DNA of 42,395 bases from Vicugna vicugna (Eukaryota), in contig PNXW01000496.1 of assembly GCA_013265495.1 (NCBI GenBank), forward strand, positions 1-42,395. The letters run 5' to 3'. Positions 15,093 through 27,810 of the stretch are shown one piece after another. The notes beneath the pieces were generated by a model. It did no database searches, had not been told where the DNA came from, and was given only the letters and a program-made list of their open reading frames with translations. The first letter of the stretch is position 1, and each line of letters begins with the position of its first letter. The position numbers and the translations under genes are program-made.

Positions 15093-15257
<165 letters not shown>

Positions 15258-15529
15258 CTACCAAAGAGAACAAAAAGAATTACACACACACAGTCTGGAG
15301 TCCTCAAAGACGTATGCCCTGTCAAGGTAACTCCAGTGCCAGTCTGTTTCACTTCATTACAATTCCTGTGGTATTTTCAAAATCTCAAGGGCCTGGGTGT
15401 TCAGAAAATCATAGAATTTTAAAGCTGCAAGCAACTTAGATAAACAGTAAAAACATTTTCAAAGTACACTTATTGAGAGCTATTATTATGGGAAAGGTCA
15501 CATTCTAAACATTTGCCTCCATTTTCTGT

Positions 15530-15800
15530 AGTTCTCAAAACCACCTATGATATCGTGTCATTACTCACGTGCCACAGGTGAGGAAACCAAGGCAAAGAAA
15601 GGGCTGGATCCCAGCTCTGTCACTTACCACCCAGGGAACTTGGGCAAATTCCTTAGTGCTCTATCTGTTGGATGCAGATAATCACAGCACTTCCTTCACA
15701 GGGTTGTTGTGAAGATTAAGTGAGTTAGCAGTGTCCGTACGGAACTTAGAACAATACTAGGAACCAAAGCAGCACTGGATAAAGGTTGGCTACCACTCGC
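15530..15800. mobile_element. MIR SINE remnants
   Basis: acaggtgaggaaaccaaggc and cccagctctgtcacttacc...ttgggcaaattcctta...cacagggttgttgtgaagattaagtgag match the MIR core. Confidence 0.7.
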
Positions 15801-16103
15801 TCAAAGTCCTAGTAAGTGGCATGTCTGGGACAAGTCCTGGTAAGTGGTTGTACAGCATGTGCTCGTAACCATTATGCGATGCCTACTTTACATCCTAGCT
15901 CAGATGAGAAGACAGAGACCCAGCGTCTGCCATCACACCAGAGCCAGACCGCCTCTCACATCTCCTAGGGCAGGGCCTGGCCCTTGACTCTCAGGCTATC
16001 AAGACAACCACCTTAGGCTAACCTGTAACATCATCACCCATAACAAAAAGTTATCATAGTCCTAATCTCTCCGTAGAGCTCACGCATCCCCACGCGTACT
16101 TAC

Positions 16104-16244
16104 CACTGTAGGGTTTATTAATGAGCCATCAATGGCACCTTCCATGGCCTTTTTTCTCAAGTCTCCAGCATTTTTTACATCTTTAAATAACAGAAGGGTC
16201 ACTCTGTATTCAGGAAATAGGTCCAGCTGATGCGTTAGCTGCAT
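16104..16244 (-). CDS. TPRKB: TPRKB first coding exon (exon 2; exon starts 16266 with 22 nt of 5'UTR)
   Basis: [53 protein letters not shown]. The four exons total 528 nt = 175 aa + stop. Confidence 0.96.
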
Positions 16245-17255
16245 TTCCTAGGTAAGCAGGATGCAACTGCACGAGACCAAAAGACAACATTGTAAATCAT
16301 AATAAACAAATATCCTTACTAACGAGTAAGTTAAAATAACTTTAATAATAAGACGGAGAGCTCTTAAACTAGAAAAATCCATCCAACAGCACATTTGGCA
16401 TCCTCGAGATACTGTCTTCCTAACCCTGCTGAGCAGTTCCTAGCTTCCTTCCCATTCCTGGGAAAGGCTCAAGGTTGCCGCCTGGTCCCCTGGTTGTGCA
16501 GACAAGGCAGGCTCTGGTGCAAGGATGAGGGGCTCCAAGAGACAGCGAGGAGCAGAACACTGACAGGTTTTTAGACCACGGGTTACTTACAGCAGTGATG
16601 AAACCTCACTCCAACTTAGCCTTTTCAGCTTCCTGATCTCACCATGCTGTTTACACACCAGCAGCACCTAGACGCAAATATAAAGGGAAAAAACAATCTT
16701 ATGGACTAAAGTACAACTTGACTCAAAGCTATTCATTTCACACATGGGAATTTAAGCAGAGAGGGTACAATTCTTAAACAAAAATACTGGCCGTTTACAA
16801 ACATAAATTTAACAAGAAAAGGACAGGGTGTACACGAAGACACAAAAGAAGCATAAAAGACAACTTAAATAACCAGAAAGACATAATCACATCCTCGAAT
16901 GGAAAAACGAAGCACTGCAAAAATTTGATCTTTAAAACAATTTCAATCAAAGCCTTAATGAGAGACTTGGGTCAGGCAATTTGATAGGTTCATTTTAATC
17001 TTTTTACCTAGCAGGTTCCATTTCTAGCATTTTTTTCAAGAAATAAATCGGCAACCTGGAGATTTATGTAATAAGATGTCCTCGTCATCCTAACAGTAAA
17101 AAGCTGAAAACAACTCACCTAACTAGTAGGTTTGGTTATTACTGAACAACCACTAAAAACTGGAGTCTTGAGGAGCAAAGAATGTGTAAAAATAGCAATT
17201 AATACATTATGAAGTAAAAACATTTGATTGGAAAACAAAACACAAAATGTGGCAT

Positions 17256-18270
17256 AAATTGTGGATTTTAAAAAAGATACACAAAAAGAAAAAATATTGA
17301 AAGGAAATACAACAAAAAATTATCTTTGACTTGCTGGAATTATATCGGACCTTTTCTGTTATAATCAGGGGGGGAAAAAAAAGAATATTTGTGAATAATG
17401 TCCTGGCTCACAGCAATTCAGTCTTTATTGTCACAATAATGCCCAATGGAAAAAAGATAACATACTCTATTACACAAAAAAGTATACATAATTTATTAAA
17501 AATTATACAGATATGTAAATAGATATTACATAAAATACATAAAAATTACAGATAGAATGTATACCCAATTATACAAACAGATGCACACACACACAAAAAA
17601 ACATGAAGGAAGCACACCAAAATGTGGCCGTTTTGGGCAGTAAAATTGTAGGTAACTTTTATTGTCCTCTATAAAAAATATTGTTGTGTGTATGTTCTAA
17701 ATTTTCTACAGTGAGCATGTGTTGCCAACTGATGTCTCCCAAGGCCCTGAGACCCCCACTCTAAAATTGTGGATTTTAAAAAAGATACACAAAAAGAAAA
17801 AATATTGAAAGGAAATACAACAAAAAATTATCTTTGACTTGCTGGAATTATATCGGACCTTTTCTGTTATAATCAGGGGGGGAAAAAAAAGAATATTTGT
17901 GAATAATGTCCTGGCTCACAGCAATTCAGTCTTTATTGTCACAATAATGCCCAATGGAAAAAAGATAACATACTCTATTACACAAAAAAGTATACATAAT
18001 TTATTAAAAATTATACAGATATGTAAATAGATATTACATAAAATACATAAAAATTACAGATAGAATGTATACCCAATTATACAAACAGATGCACACACAC
18101 ACAAAAAAACATGAAGGAAGCACACCAAAATGTGGCCGTTTTGGGCAGTAAAATTGTAGGTAACTTTTATTGTCCTCTATAAAAAATATTGTTGTGTGTA
18201 TGTTCTAAATTTTCTACAGTGAGCATGTGTTGCCAACTGATGTCTCCCAAGGCCCTGAGACCCCCACTCT
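17256..18270 (+). repeat. Tandem duplication of a 507-bp unit (17256-17762 and 17764-18270)
   Basis: The copies look identical by eye at offset 508; identical 63-aa ORFs at 17331 and 17839; one extra A at 17763. Confidence 0.95.
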
Positions 18271-18870
18271 TGGGCTCTCAGATGTCCACCTGCAAACCCT
18301 CAGGAAAAAAAAACCAAAGTGCACCCTTTTCTGACATGTGTTTCCCATAGCAGAATCAATAGTCCTGGGAAATGGCTAGCCTCATAATAGTGCAGGCTGA
18401 CTTGTCTCTGCCCATGGTTCCTCCTTATTGGCTCTTCATGGACCCTCACCCATAACCAATCAAAAACCTGTGCATGAGCTGATCATGCAGCCCAGCCCTC
18501 TCTGTTCACCAACCCCTTCCCATAAAAGACCTCAGCAGCCCACCCTGGGTGTTCACACAGGCACCTCTAGTCTGTGTGGCCCGCTGCTGCCTGTAGCAGT
18601 GTATCTATTAAACTTTTCATTTATGTATGTATGTATGTATGTATGTATGTGAACAATGTTTATTCCAGGAAGAGCAACTCAGTGAGATAAAACCATTTTA
18701 AAATCTACATATATGTAGTGTTCATTTACATATAGGTACTAAGAACAGTTTAGAGCTTTAGCTTTTAAAACTTACATACTTTTAAACTTTTCCTTTGTTT
18801 CTTAAATTTTCCTTTGTCTTTGGTAAATTCTTTTACCACTCACAACATCGGCCTGCTGCTCTACCCAGCA
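18226..18870 (+). mobile_element. Solo LTR of an endogenous retrovirus, interrupted by a small insertion
   Basis: TG...CA termini flanked by the direct repeat GAGCA (18221-18225, 18871-18875); internal CCAAT, CATAAAA and ATTAAA; U5-like ggtaaattcttttaccac. Confidence 0.7.
18619..18781 (-). other. Short retroposed mRNA 3'-end fragment with (CATA)n tail
   Basis: 11-bp TSD ttaaacttttc (18608-18618, 18782-18792); minus-strand AATAAA at 18659-18664 just before the (TATG)n tract. Confidence 0.6.
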
Positions 18871-19154
18871 GAGCACACACAAAGAAATGCATACATATAA
18901 TCAGGGAGGAAAAAAATGTTTGTGGTTTTTACACTAAGGGATAAAGGACCCCTAGCAAACGTCAAAATAGTTTGGTTTTGGTCTCTATTATTCACTCACT
19001 TAGGCCTGGAACTTAGTATCATCATTTGATACCTTTGACTCAAATCCCTTATCTACTCCAAAAGTCTTGTCAATTTTTAAATATCTTTTTGACCAGTGCA
19101 TTTCTCTCCCATACCCACTGCCACTACTGTAGGCCACCACCTCTCATCTACAGC

Positions 19155-19746
19155 TGTGACCTCTTAGAAGTGGTTGCCTCAAAAGGAAACAGAGGACTCT
19201 GGGGGGCCTCCCTGGTACAAATATTTTCTGTGCCCCCCTTTCCTTGTTTGTAGGAAATACGCTTCATTCAGCCTCCTGACCTTCCCTGTGTTCCAAACGG
19301 CAGATTCAAACAGTTGCTAATCAGGGAAAGGAGAGAATGTACGGGCAGGAACTGTCAAGAAACAACAGTGCAGCCTTGGGACAGGGTCCCGGTTTTTCCT
19401 CAAGGGATATACACAACAATGCCCATGAGTTCTTCTGCAGGAACAAAGGCCCTGACCCAGGTGGAGGAAGGCAACTCAAGGCTGAACACCCGATTCCCGG
19501 AACTCTGCCACATTACCTCATCACCTGCCAATCAGAAGAAAGTCACACACCCTGCAGCCCTCATCCCAGATTTTGCCTTTAAAAACTTCTAAACTTCTTT
19601 ACAAAAGCCACCAGGGAGTTCAGGTTTTTCAGGCATGAGCCACCCCTTCTTGCTTGGCCCTGCAATAAATCATTCTCTGCTCCAAACTCCTTTCCATTTA
19701 TTTGGCCTCACTGTGCCTGGGCCACAGGAACTTTTGTTCCGTAGCA
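19155..19746 (+). mobile_element. ERV1-like solo LTR (possibly MER41-like; 5' boundary approximate)
   Basis: LTR layout: CCAAT (gccaatcag), TATA-like tttaaaaa, AATAAA at ~19663, and U5 ggcctcactgtgcc...gtagCA. TSD not resolved. Confidence 0.65.
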
Positions 19747-19859
19747 ATTCCTGCCCTTCTATCATCCAGCCTCCGACTGGGGGTCAAAGTAATCCCTTCA
19801 AAATGTAAACCAAAATTTCCCTTCTGCTGCTCTTACGATAAAGCCCCTTTAAGTCAAGG

Positions 19860-20710
19860 CGTTCCAAGGTAGGACCCGGGCCCTGCCTCCCTCTCCTGCT
19901 GCCTAGCGCACCCGCCCCCAGACCGCGCTCCTCCCGCCACCGCCGCAAAGGCCTGTTCAGCCTCCAGTCTCCCACGTTCCCCCTCGTCTCCGACTCCGGG
20001 GGACAGCCAGTTCTCCCGACTCAATCTCCCCTCCCTCAGCTCGCCCCTAAGAGTCCATTTAGCAGCGCGCCCAGAGCCGCAGGACTAGCTCCCTGTTCTC
20101 GGAGCTCCTTCTCAGCCCTTGTCACCACTTTGGTGAGCGCGGGCGGATCGCGATGAGGAACCGCCGCTGGACTGCACACCCCCCCCAAGAAGGGAGAGTC
20201 GGCCCCGGTCCGGCTGCGCTCCCGGGGCCGGGCCGAGGGCGCGCGGGAGAAACAAGGGCGCGGGGAGCCACAGGCAGGACTGGGAAATCGGGGCCACGGA
20301 CGCCAGCGCGCCGGGAGGACTCACCGCCGCGTCCCCGGTCCGCCCCACGAAGCCGTCCCCTCGGAAGCAAGGGCTTCGACTTCCGGGGGTTCGGCCGGAG
20401 CCGCCGCGTCTTTCCGCGTCCCCTGCGGAGGAAGGGTCTCCGCCGCCGCCCTGCCCACCCTTCCCCCCCCGCGTGAGTCCCGTCAGCGGCTGGAAGGAGA
20501 GCCCGGCTCCGCCCGCCACTTCCGCCGGGGAGGCGGCCCGGCCCGAGGCTGCGAGTGCCCGCCTCGTCCTCCAGCCAGGCAGCCGTGGACGAGACGCCCC
20601 GTTTCTCCCGGGCAAGGTATTGGCCCGGGGGAGCTCTACGTACGTCTCCGCTGCCCGAGATTCAGCGTCATCCCCGGGCGTATCAGCCTCCAGAGGAGGC
20701 GGCAAGCCTC
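19860..20710 (-). promoter_or_regulatory. TPRKB: TPRKB CpG-island promoter with non-coding exon 1 (donor at 20325/20324)
   Basis: CpG-rich; minus donor GCG|GTGAGT; ETS motif ACTTCCGG at 20379-20386 and a similar core at ~20518; GC boxes. Confidence 0.8.
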
Positions 20711-21079
20711 TGAACAGGATGAGAGGGTTATGTAGAGAATTATTTCCCACGTTCTTTATGGTCGGGGCTCGTCTTGGTCAATACTTTTTCTCTTTATACA
20801 AAAACGGTAAATAACAAACAGCTGTAGGATAGATACGTGCTACGGAGAAAAAAACAGAGGAAAGAGGGAATGCCAGGCCATGGGTATTACTGTTTCAAAT
20901 AGGATGGTTAAGAAAGAGCTCACCAAAAAGGGCCATTTGAACAGTGACTGGAGGTCTGGAAGCAAGTTCTGTGTATTTGGGAGAGCAGCAAAGAGTTCAA
21001 AGGCTCTGAGACAGATACGGCCCTAGCCTATTTAAGGAAGAGCAAAGAGAACCGTGTGGCTTGAGCACAGTGGGAATAC

Positions 21080-23080
21080 ATATATACAAAATAAATCAGC
21101 TGTTGGATTTTCAACTTTGACTGCCTTAATCTTAAGGACAAAAAGACAGGCAAAGGTCACCAGATATTTCAAGATCACATCTAACAGGAGAGAGGCATCA
21201 ACAAACAGGAAAAGATAAAAATTCAAAAACAGCTGATGGAGCAGAAGAAACTTAAAAACCGGTAACCTTAGAGAAGGAAAAGATAATACATTAGTTAAAA
21301 AATAAGTTAAAAAATGCTGGGGAAAAAATGCCATTCAGGAAATAAGAGCTAACTCTTAGAAATAAAAAAATATATAGCGGAAAAAACATGTATATAATAT
21401 ACAGCAGAAAACCTAAATAATTAACAGAGAGTAGAAAATAAAGCTGAGGAAATTCTGATTTTAAAAAAGAAAGGGAAAGAGATTAAAAGTGGAAAATAAA
21501 AAACACAATTAACTTGGAGGTACACTTCAGAAAATCCAATAGTCAACTTACTAGTTCCCCAAAAAGAAAATAGGATAAGATGAAAAGAAAGTTTTCCAAA
21601 ACCAATGCACATTCAGGCCAGACTGAAAGGCCTCACTTAGTATCTAGCACTATGAATTTTAAAAATACCCACACTAAGGTATAGCATGAAATTTCAGGAC
21701 ACCTGAGATAAAGATCCTAAAGGTTTCAGAAAGAAAATATTACAGGTCACAAGTAAAAGTTCTGGAATCAGAATAGCACAAGGTTTCAAACAGCAACTAT
21801 GAGCAATGGAAAACAATGTACAAATGCATTTAAAAGTGTACAGCCTGTCAAACTATCAATGCAGGAAAAGAATAAAATAAGCCCCTTTCAGACATGCCAA
21901 AGCCTCAAAAGATTTACATCCCATTAATCCTTCTTGGAAAGCTATGGGAGGATGTTCTCCACCAAACAGGGCAGTAAACCGGGAAAGCAGCAGCTATGGA
22001 TCCAGGAAACAGCAGAGGGACGTAGTAATGCCCAGGGCGAGGGCAAGGAGAAGTCCCAGGGGAGAGCTATGCCCCAGGTGTGGAGAACCACCAGGGTGCC
22101 TGCCATGGGTTGAGTTGTGCCCAGACAAAAGTCGTATGTTGAAGTCGTCCTAAGCACCAGGGCTTCAGAATGTGGCTGTATTTGCAGATAGGGTCTTGAA
22201 AGAGGTAAGTTTAAATGGGGTCATTGTGGGGGCAGTAGTGCAATATGACTGGTGAGCTTATAAGAGGAAACCTGGACACTGACATAGAGGGAAGACCACG
22301 TGAAGACCAAGGGAGAAGGCAACCATCTAAACAGGTCAAGGAGAGAGGCGTCCGAAGAAACTAGCCCTGCCAGCACCTTGATCTCGGACTTCCGGCTTCC
22401 AGAACCGTGAGAAACTACCCGTCGTTTAGGCCGCCCAGCCTGCGGTCCTTTTTTAAGCAGCCCTGGCAAACTAATACAGTGCCCAGCCTGGAGTAGGTCA
22501 AGAGGCCTCCAGGAAAGATTTCAAGCAAAAAAGAATCTGATGTGTTTATCCTATCCATGTTAGGAGAAATGTTACAGTGGTGTTGGAGATTTGGAGGATG
22601 AATTAGTGATGGGTCCATAGGAAAAGATGGAAAAAAAAAAAGGGCAAAAACAAAGGGGACGAAAGTGGTTAAGAAAGGAAATATCATCATGGTACACCAT
22701 GGCTCAGAGGTGAATGACATTTACCTAGCAGATAACGTGAACTTAGAATACTGATTTAACCGAAAGTTGGGGAATAGCTATACTGAAAAGATGATGGGGG
22801 AAAGAGGATGTGAATGAGCTAAGTCCTCATCCTCCACAGCAGGAAGTCAACAGATAACATTAAAAACAGAAACATCAAGCAGTGGCAATATAAGCACAGT
22901 ACTTAAATATGGAAGCAAATATTAGAAGATAATGCAAAAAATACTTCAAGTGCTTGCATCTGGGGAATGACAGGGAAGGGCAGGGTGCTGATGGGAAGAC
23001 TACTCTCACAGCAATCTCAGTAGAACTATTTGAATTTTAAGCTACTTGTATGTTTTTTTTTAAAATAAAGATAAACATTG
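21080..23080 (+). mobile_element. Ancient L1/HAL1-like ORF1-region remnant
   Basis: A-rich degenerate sequence with ORF1-like segments (catgaaatttcaggacac...gatcctaaaggtttcaga; ggaatcagaatagca; ggaggatgttctccaccaaac). Confidence 0.55.
22101..22478 (+). mobile_element. MaLR solo LTR (MLT1A/B-type), 378 bp
   Basis: TG...ctaataCA termini; perfect 5-bp TSD GTGCC (22096-22100, 22479-22483); ccctgccagcaccttgatctcggacttccggcttccagaaccgtgaga signature. Confidence 0.9.
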
Positions 23081-24876
23081 TAAAAGATTAAGTAAACCAC
23101 TAAAGACCTTTACAAAAGAGTGTTCCTGGTCCCTTTAGCCAGAGGACTTTCTATGGTGCGATGTGAGAAGCCAGAACCATAGTGTGTTGAAGAATAAGTG
23201 AGACACAAGGTAGCGAAAGGAGACTGGTTTTCAACAAGCCATGCTGATAACTGACATGAGAAGGGACAGAAAGGACAAAAGGATCGACGAAGGTTCTTGA
23301 AGGTGGTGGTGCTTTTGTGATGACGCTTCTGCTAGCAGTGTCCTCCTCAGGGACTGCTTGCCAAGGGACTCCTTAAAACTGTCAGACTAGCTGGACTCCT
23401 GTACTGGATTCCCGTACTTGCCCCTGATTGTTCTTTTTTTGGCCTCACCCGTTGTCTTGCTCCAACTTCTTTCCAAGTGAGCATTCACGATGTATCCTGG
23501 GGAACAATTCCACAAGAGCAGAGCTTTTAGCAAGAAGAACTCTTGTATCTCTGTTAAGCGTGGCGGGCAGAAAAGAACTTTCTGAGCCATCACTCAGATG
23601 AAGGGTAGCAAGTGACTGAGCTCATCAGATACAGAGCAGGGAGCGGATGAGTTAGGGCACCTCCTTAGGGTCAGGTTCCACATGATGTTCACATACAAAA
23701 GAAAGCAGAGAAAATAACACATGCAGTGTCTGACTTTCTATGATACAAACCTTCAAAATCAAGAGGCTTAAAAAAAAATGAAGCAAATTTGCCCAAGTAC
23801 TCATCAAATACCTACCAAGGCTTATGTTGTCATGATGGTCAGACAATTCCTTGAGCAAATAAAGGTTTCTGGCTTCCTCTGCAACTAAAACTAATGAACA
23901 CCTCCCAAGTGATCCATCTGTGTGTTCCAGAGGTAAACCAGAAGAGACAACTTAGCGAACGTCAAGGTCAAGGCGCCACTCCTCCGTGAGAGGCAAGTGG
24001 AGAAAGATCTCAGCAGGTTGTGTTCGACACAGAAGCAGTAACACAAGGAGCCATGTGAGTCTTCCCAGATATTCCAGGCTTTAAATGTTGCATCCTATTC
24101 TGTTCATCAAGCAACCTTTATAGCCTGTAAAAGTTTTCAGGTTGTCTGAATACTTCTACCAGCTGGTAACAATTACCTTGTCCAGTAAATTACCCAGCAT
24201 TTAGCATTTAGGTTTATCAATCAGCCTCTCTTGCTCAGTTGACAATCAATCCCTAAAAGTTGATCCATTCCTGTCTTAGACGGCATCTCTGATAATGCAG
24301 TGAAAAGAAGTTGGTCAAATCCCACAATAGAAAGAAAGAAATATCTAATCACAAAAACACTACAACTAATTACAAATAATGATTAGGTTCTAAAGAGATT
24401 GTCTCCTAGGTAGATTTTAATAGAAATCTTGAACAGTTACAGGGAGAAAAAGGACACCCTTAATCACTGGATCAATAGAACATGACAAAAACCCCAAACA
24501 TTTCTGCACACACACACCAGTAGCACAACTCTAGTCAGAAGGAAATACATGGGGAAAAAAAGAAGGAAATACAAAGTAAAGGAAAACAGAATTTTAAAAA
24601 ATAATTTACGAGGGAAGTTCTTTATTACTTTTATTAATTCTAAAATGTCATCTTCCTTTAAAAAAATTTAAAATTGGAACGACAGATTATTTTCTTCACT
24701 GTTGTAAATACTGCAAAGTTACCAGCAGAGAGGTGCATATCACAATTTTCCCTTAAGCTTGCATGTCTCAGGGAGCAATAACAGATTATAAACCTCGTTT
24801 GACCTGATCTTATAAAAAGTCCCTCCAGCCGTCTTCAGTCCTGTGTCTCCAGACAGATCTCCAGGGTAGGTCTGTG

Positions 24877-25072
24877 TCACTCCGTCCATCCACAATAGGC
24901 CGGGTAGGGTAGTCTGTAGTAACTGCCAGGATACCACCTTCTGTTCTGGGCTGCTGGACTGGCATTTGGCTTTACGTTCCAAGAGTACCTCCTCTGTAAA
25001 TAGTTCTCTCCAGGGGGACCAGGAGGAGGAATATGGCCTCTCTGGTAAACGTTCTGATTCTGTGAAAATGTT
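24877..25072 (-). CDS. DUSP11: DUSP11 (PIR1, RNA 5'-phosphatase) last coding exon (exon 9)
   Basis: TFSQNQNVYQRGHIPPPGPPGENYLQRRYSWNVKPNAS...YCGWTE*; AG at 25073-25074; minus AATAAA at 24621-24626 and 24630-24635. Confidence 0.92.
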
Positions 25073-26129
25073 CTTAAACAAAACAAAAGTAATAAACTAT
25101 TCTTAGCTTTAATAAAATACATAAGCTTTATAAAATAATACATAGACACTCTGGTTCTACTGTTTTCTACCTGTGTGATTTTAGCAGGCAAAATTGCTTA
25201 ATCTTTGGATTTCTTAGTTGTTTATAAAATGGAGCTGATAATACTTCCCATCTTCCTGGGTTGTTCTGAAGGTAAATTTAAGATGATGTATTTAAATTAC
25301 CCACCACAACACCCTGACACACTGTAGTTTCCAGAAGTCTTTCCACCTTTCCCTATAGAGATAAATGCCTACACTATTCTCATCAGATACTTTCCAAGTC
25401 TGGAAGGGATGATATGAAACAGAAGCTATTTATTTCTGAAAACAGAAACTTGCTTTCACTTTACAAATAAATACACAGATAAATCAATTATCAAGTGTAG
25501 AAATTCTAGCCATGGCATGTACAACAAACTTGGAAAATTAAAATTTGTTTCAAAAGCAAGATCAGGAAAATCTAATATGATCATACAATAGCAAATCTGG
25601 AAATCTGACAAGTAAACACGCCCCCCCCATCCTACTTAATCTGATTAAACTGGTTCATGCCTCCTTTTGGTCTATTTCTCCCTAGCATCTTTTCTGACTG
25701 TTGAATCATAACCTGTTGTTTTCACTTATCGTAAGTGAGCTATCACTTTCAATGGCTTTATAAAATTATCATAGTATAGATATAATAATTTACTTGGCTA
25801 TTTTTCACTGTTAGAAATACAAGCTGCTACCAATTTTTCCACTACTGCAAATGATGCTGGGATTAATGTCTCAGAACATATACCACTGTATCCTGAGCGC
25901 CTAGTCCAGTGTCTGATACATAGTAGGGAGTTTGAGAAATGTGGTGAATGATTTAAATGTAGCTTTTCCCATATTTTGAAGGATTTGCTTAGTCTCAACA
26001 TAGAATTACCATGTATGAGCATGTTTATGGCTGTGACAGTTATGTTTCAAAGGAGCTATATCACTTTCCAGTGCCACTGGCAACACAAGCACCATCTTTT
26101 TAAAATGTTTACGTCTTCTAAAAATGCCA

Positions 26130-26255
26130 GGGGGAGGGTAGAGCTCAGCGGTACAGCGCGTGATTAGGACGCACAAGGTCCTGGGTTCAATCCCAGTACC
26201 TATGTTAAAATGAATGAATGAACAAACCTAATTACCTACCCTCCCCCCAAAACAA
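26130..26255 (+). mobile_element. tRNA-derived SINE, camelid vic-1-like
   Basis: ggggggagggtagagctcagcggt (A box), gggttcaatccc (B box), aaacctaattacct tail; 11-bp TSD taaaaatgcca (26119-26129, 26256-26266). Confidence 0.85.
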
Positions 26256-27017
26256 TAAAAATGCCAACATCGTTTTGAAAGTTTAAAGATTACAATGTGC
26301 TGAAGTATTTTATTAACTCGTGTACTAATCAACAACAATCCCAAGCTATATGTTGTTAAAATTTTTACTTACAATATTATTAAAGTTTCCATCTGACTGA
26401 TGAGAAAATAGAAATTTAGAGATCTTACCCAAGATCGCACAGAGGGTGAAGAGCAGAGCCAGGATGCAAATGCAGGTCCAACCTGACAGCCACTACCCTG
26501 GGCTGTCTTATCAGAAACAGTTGCTAAATTAACAGGCAAAGAATAGTACCTTGCTAGTTTAACTGAGCTTTTCCCCATTTCCCAAGCAAATATATGTTTG
26601 TGATTTATGTGTTCAACTCCTTTACACATTTCTCTACTGAAATTTTACTGTTTTCCCTACAATTTGTGTTTACCCTTAAATAACAACCTTCCTTATTCTG
26701 AAAACTATACCAGTACCACTGTAGCCTAAGAATAAGAGCTCACTTCCGGTGCGCGCGTCAGATTGCTGGCTTAGACCAAGCTCAATAATCCATAAAAATC
26801 TCCAAGTCCTTTTCCCAGTTGCTTCTGAAAAGTCACGTATTCTCTGTCCTATACTTGATTTTCCAGCCCTAAATGCAAAATATGGAGCAAATGGTACCTC
26901 TTGGTTGACACTGACCAGCAAGGAAACACTAATTCTTCACTATTATCATAATGTATTTGTGTTAGTTTATAATATTAATTTCTATTTCAATTCTATAAAC
27001 AAGGAAAGCAGAGATAC

Positions 27018-27203
27018 CTTACTGACTGCTGAAAATCCTGGGTCTTGGTGTAGAAATGCCGAGAAGGTGGTGGGTAACCTTGGGTCCAGTGGAGGTTATG
27101 CCTAGGTCCTTGGTTAACAGACCTGTAAGGGGTGTGGACTGGTCCCATCATATGTGCTGAGTCTTCAAAACCACTTGATCTTGATATACTGGAATCTTGA
27201 TTC
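27018..27203 (-). CDS. DUSP11: DUSP11 exon 8 (186 nt)
   Basis: NQDSSISRSSGFEDSAHMMGPVH...QDFQQSV; AG/GT boundaries, phase 2/2. Confidence 0.92.
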
Positions 27204-27431
27204 CTCAAAGAGAGTGTTTCCACACAATATTACTGGTTTCCAAATTTAGCAGCCAATTTAGTGACTACATTTTGGCCCATGAAAGTAACAATCCCGTCCT
27301 CCCCCCATTCCTATTTGTTCAGGTTTCCCAGAGCAAGTAAACAAACTACAAGAAGAATGGTTACATGCAACTTAAATGATACAAAACTACATCTCCCTGA
27401 CCACAGCTACTACGCATAAAATGCCACTTAC

Positions 27432-27507
27432 TTTCTCATGGGACCATTTCGAAGGTCTTCAATGTAGTTTTGTCTTTCTAAGCAATGTCCTCGGCACCTA
27501 TTGAATA
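27432..27507 (-). CDS. DUSP11: DUSP11 exon 7 (76 nt)
   Basis: FNRCRGHCLERQNYIEDLRNGPMR; CAG acceptor, GTAAGT donor. Confidence 0.94.
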
Positions 27508-27763
27508 CTGAGGAGTGGATGAACTGTTAGAAATAACTGTACAAAAAGCAAACCTCTCCCAGCGAAAGCAGATCAAAGCTGAAATCCACCAACTGATTAG
27601 TCAGGCTGTTATATCTCGCTATTTCCAGATACAGAAACTTTTGGTAAAAGGTCAGAACAAATGAATTAGAAACTTTCTTTTTTTCCAAAATTTGAGAAAT
27701 CCATCTACATTTCTACCTTCAAGTTTTATAAAAAGGGAATAATAGTGACACCCTCATACTTAC

Positions 27764-27810
27764 ATTCAATTGCATCATCTGGCCTCATGCCTTCTACATC
27801 AATCAAGTAT
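27764..27810 (-). CDS. DUSP11: DUSP11 exon 6 (47 nt)
   Basis: YLIDVEGMRPDDAIE; TAG acceptor, GTAAGT donor. Confidence 0.94.

Noticed and set aside
17331..18030. Two identical 63-aa ORFs
   Set aside because: By-product of the tandem duplication of AT-rich intronic sequence; non-ATG starts.
20112..20814. 212-aa and overlapping ORFs at the TPRKB promoter
   Set aside because: CpG-island artefacts; the TPRKB start codon is in exon 2.
23300..24300. Unique-looking sequence downstream of the DUSP11 poly(A) signals
   Set aside because: Only short ORFs and no family I can recognise; cannot be supported without a search.
26130..26203. tRNA-like sequence with A and B boxes
   Set aside because: It has a SINE tail and TSD and a second copy at 30473-30646; not a tRNA gene.
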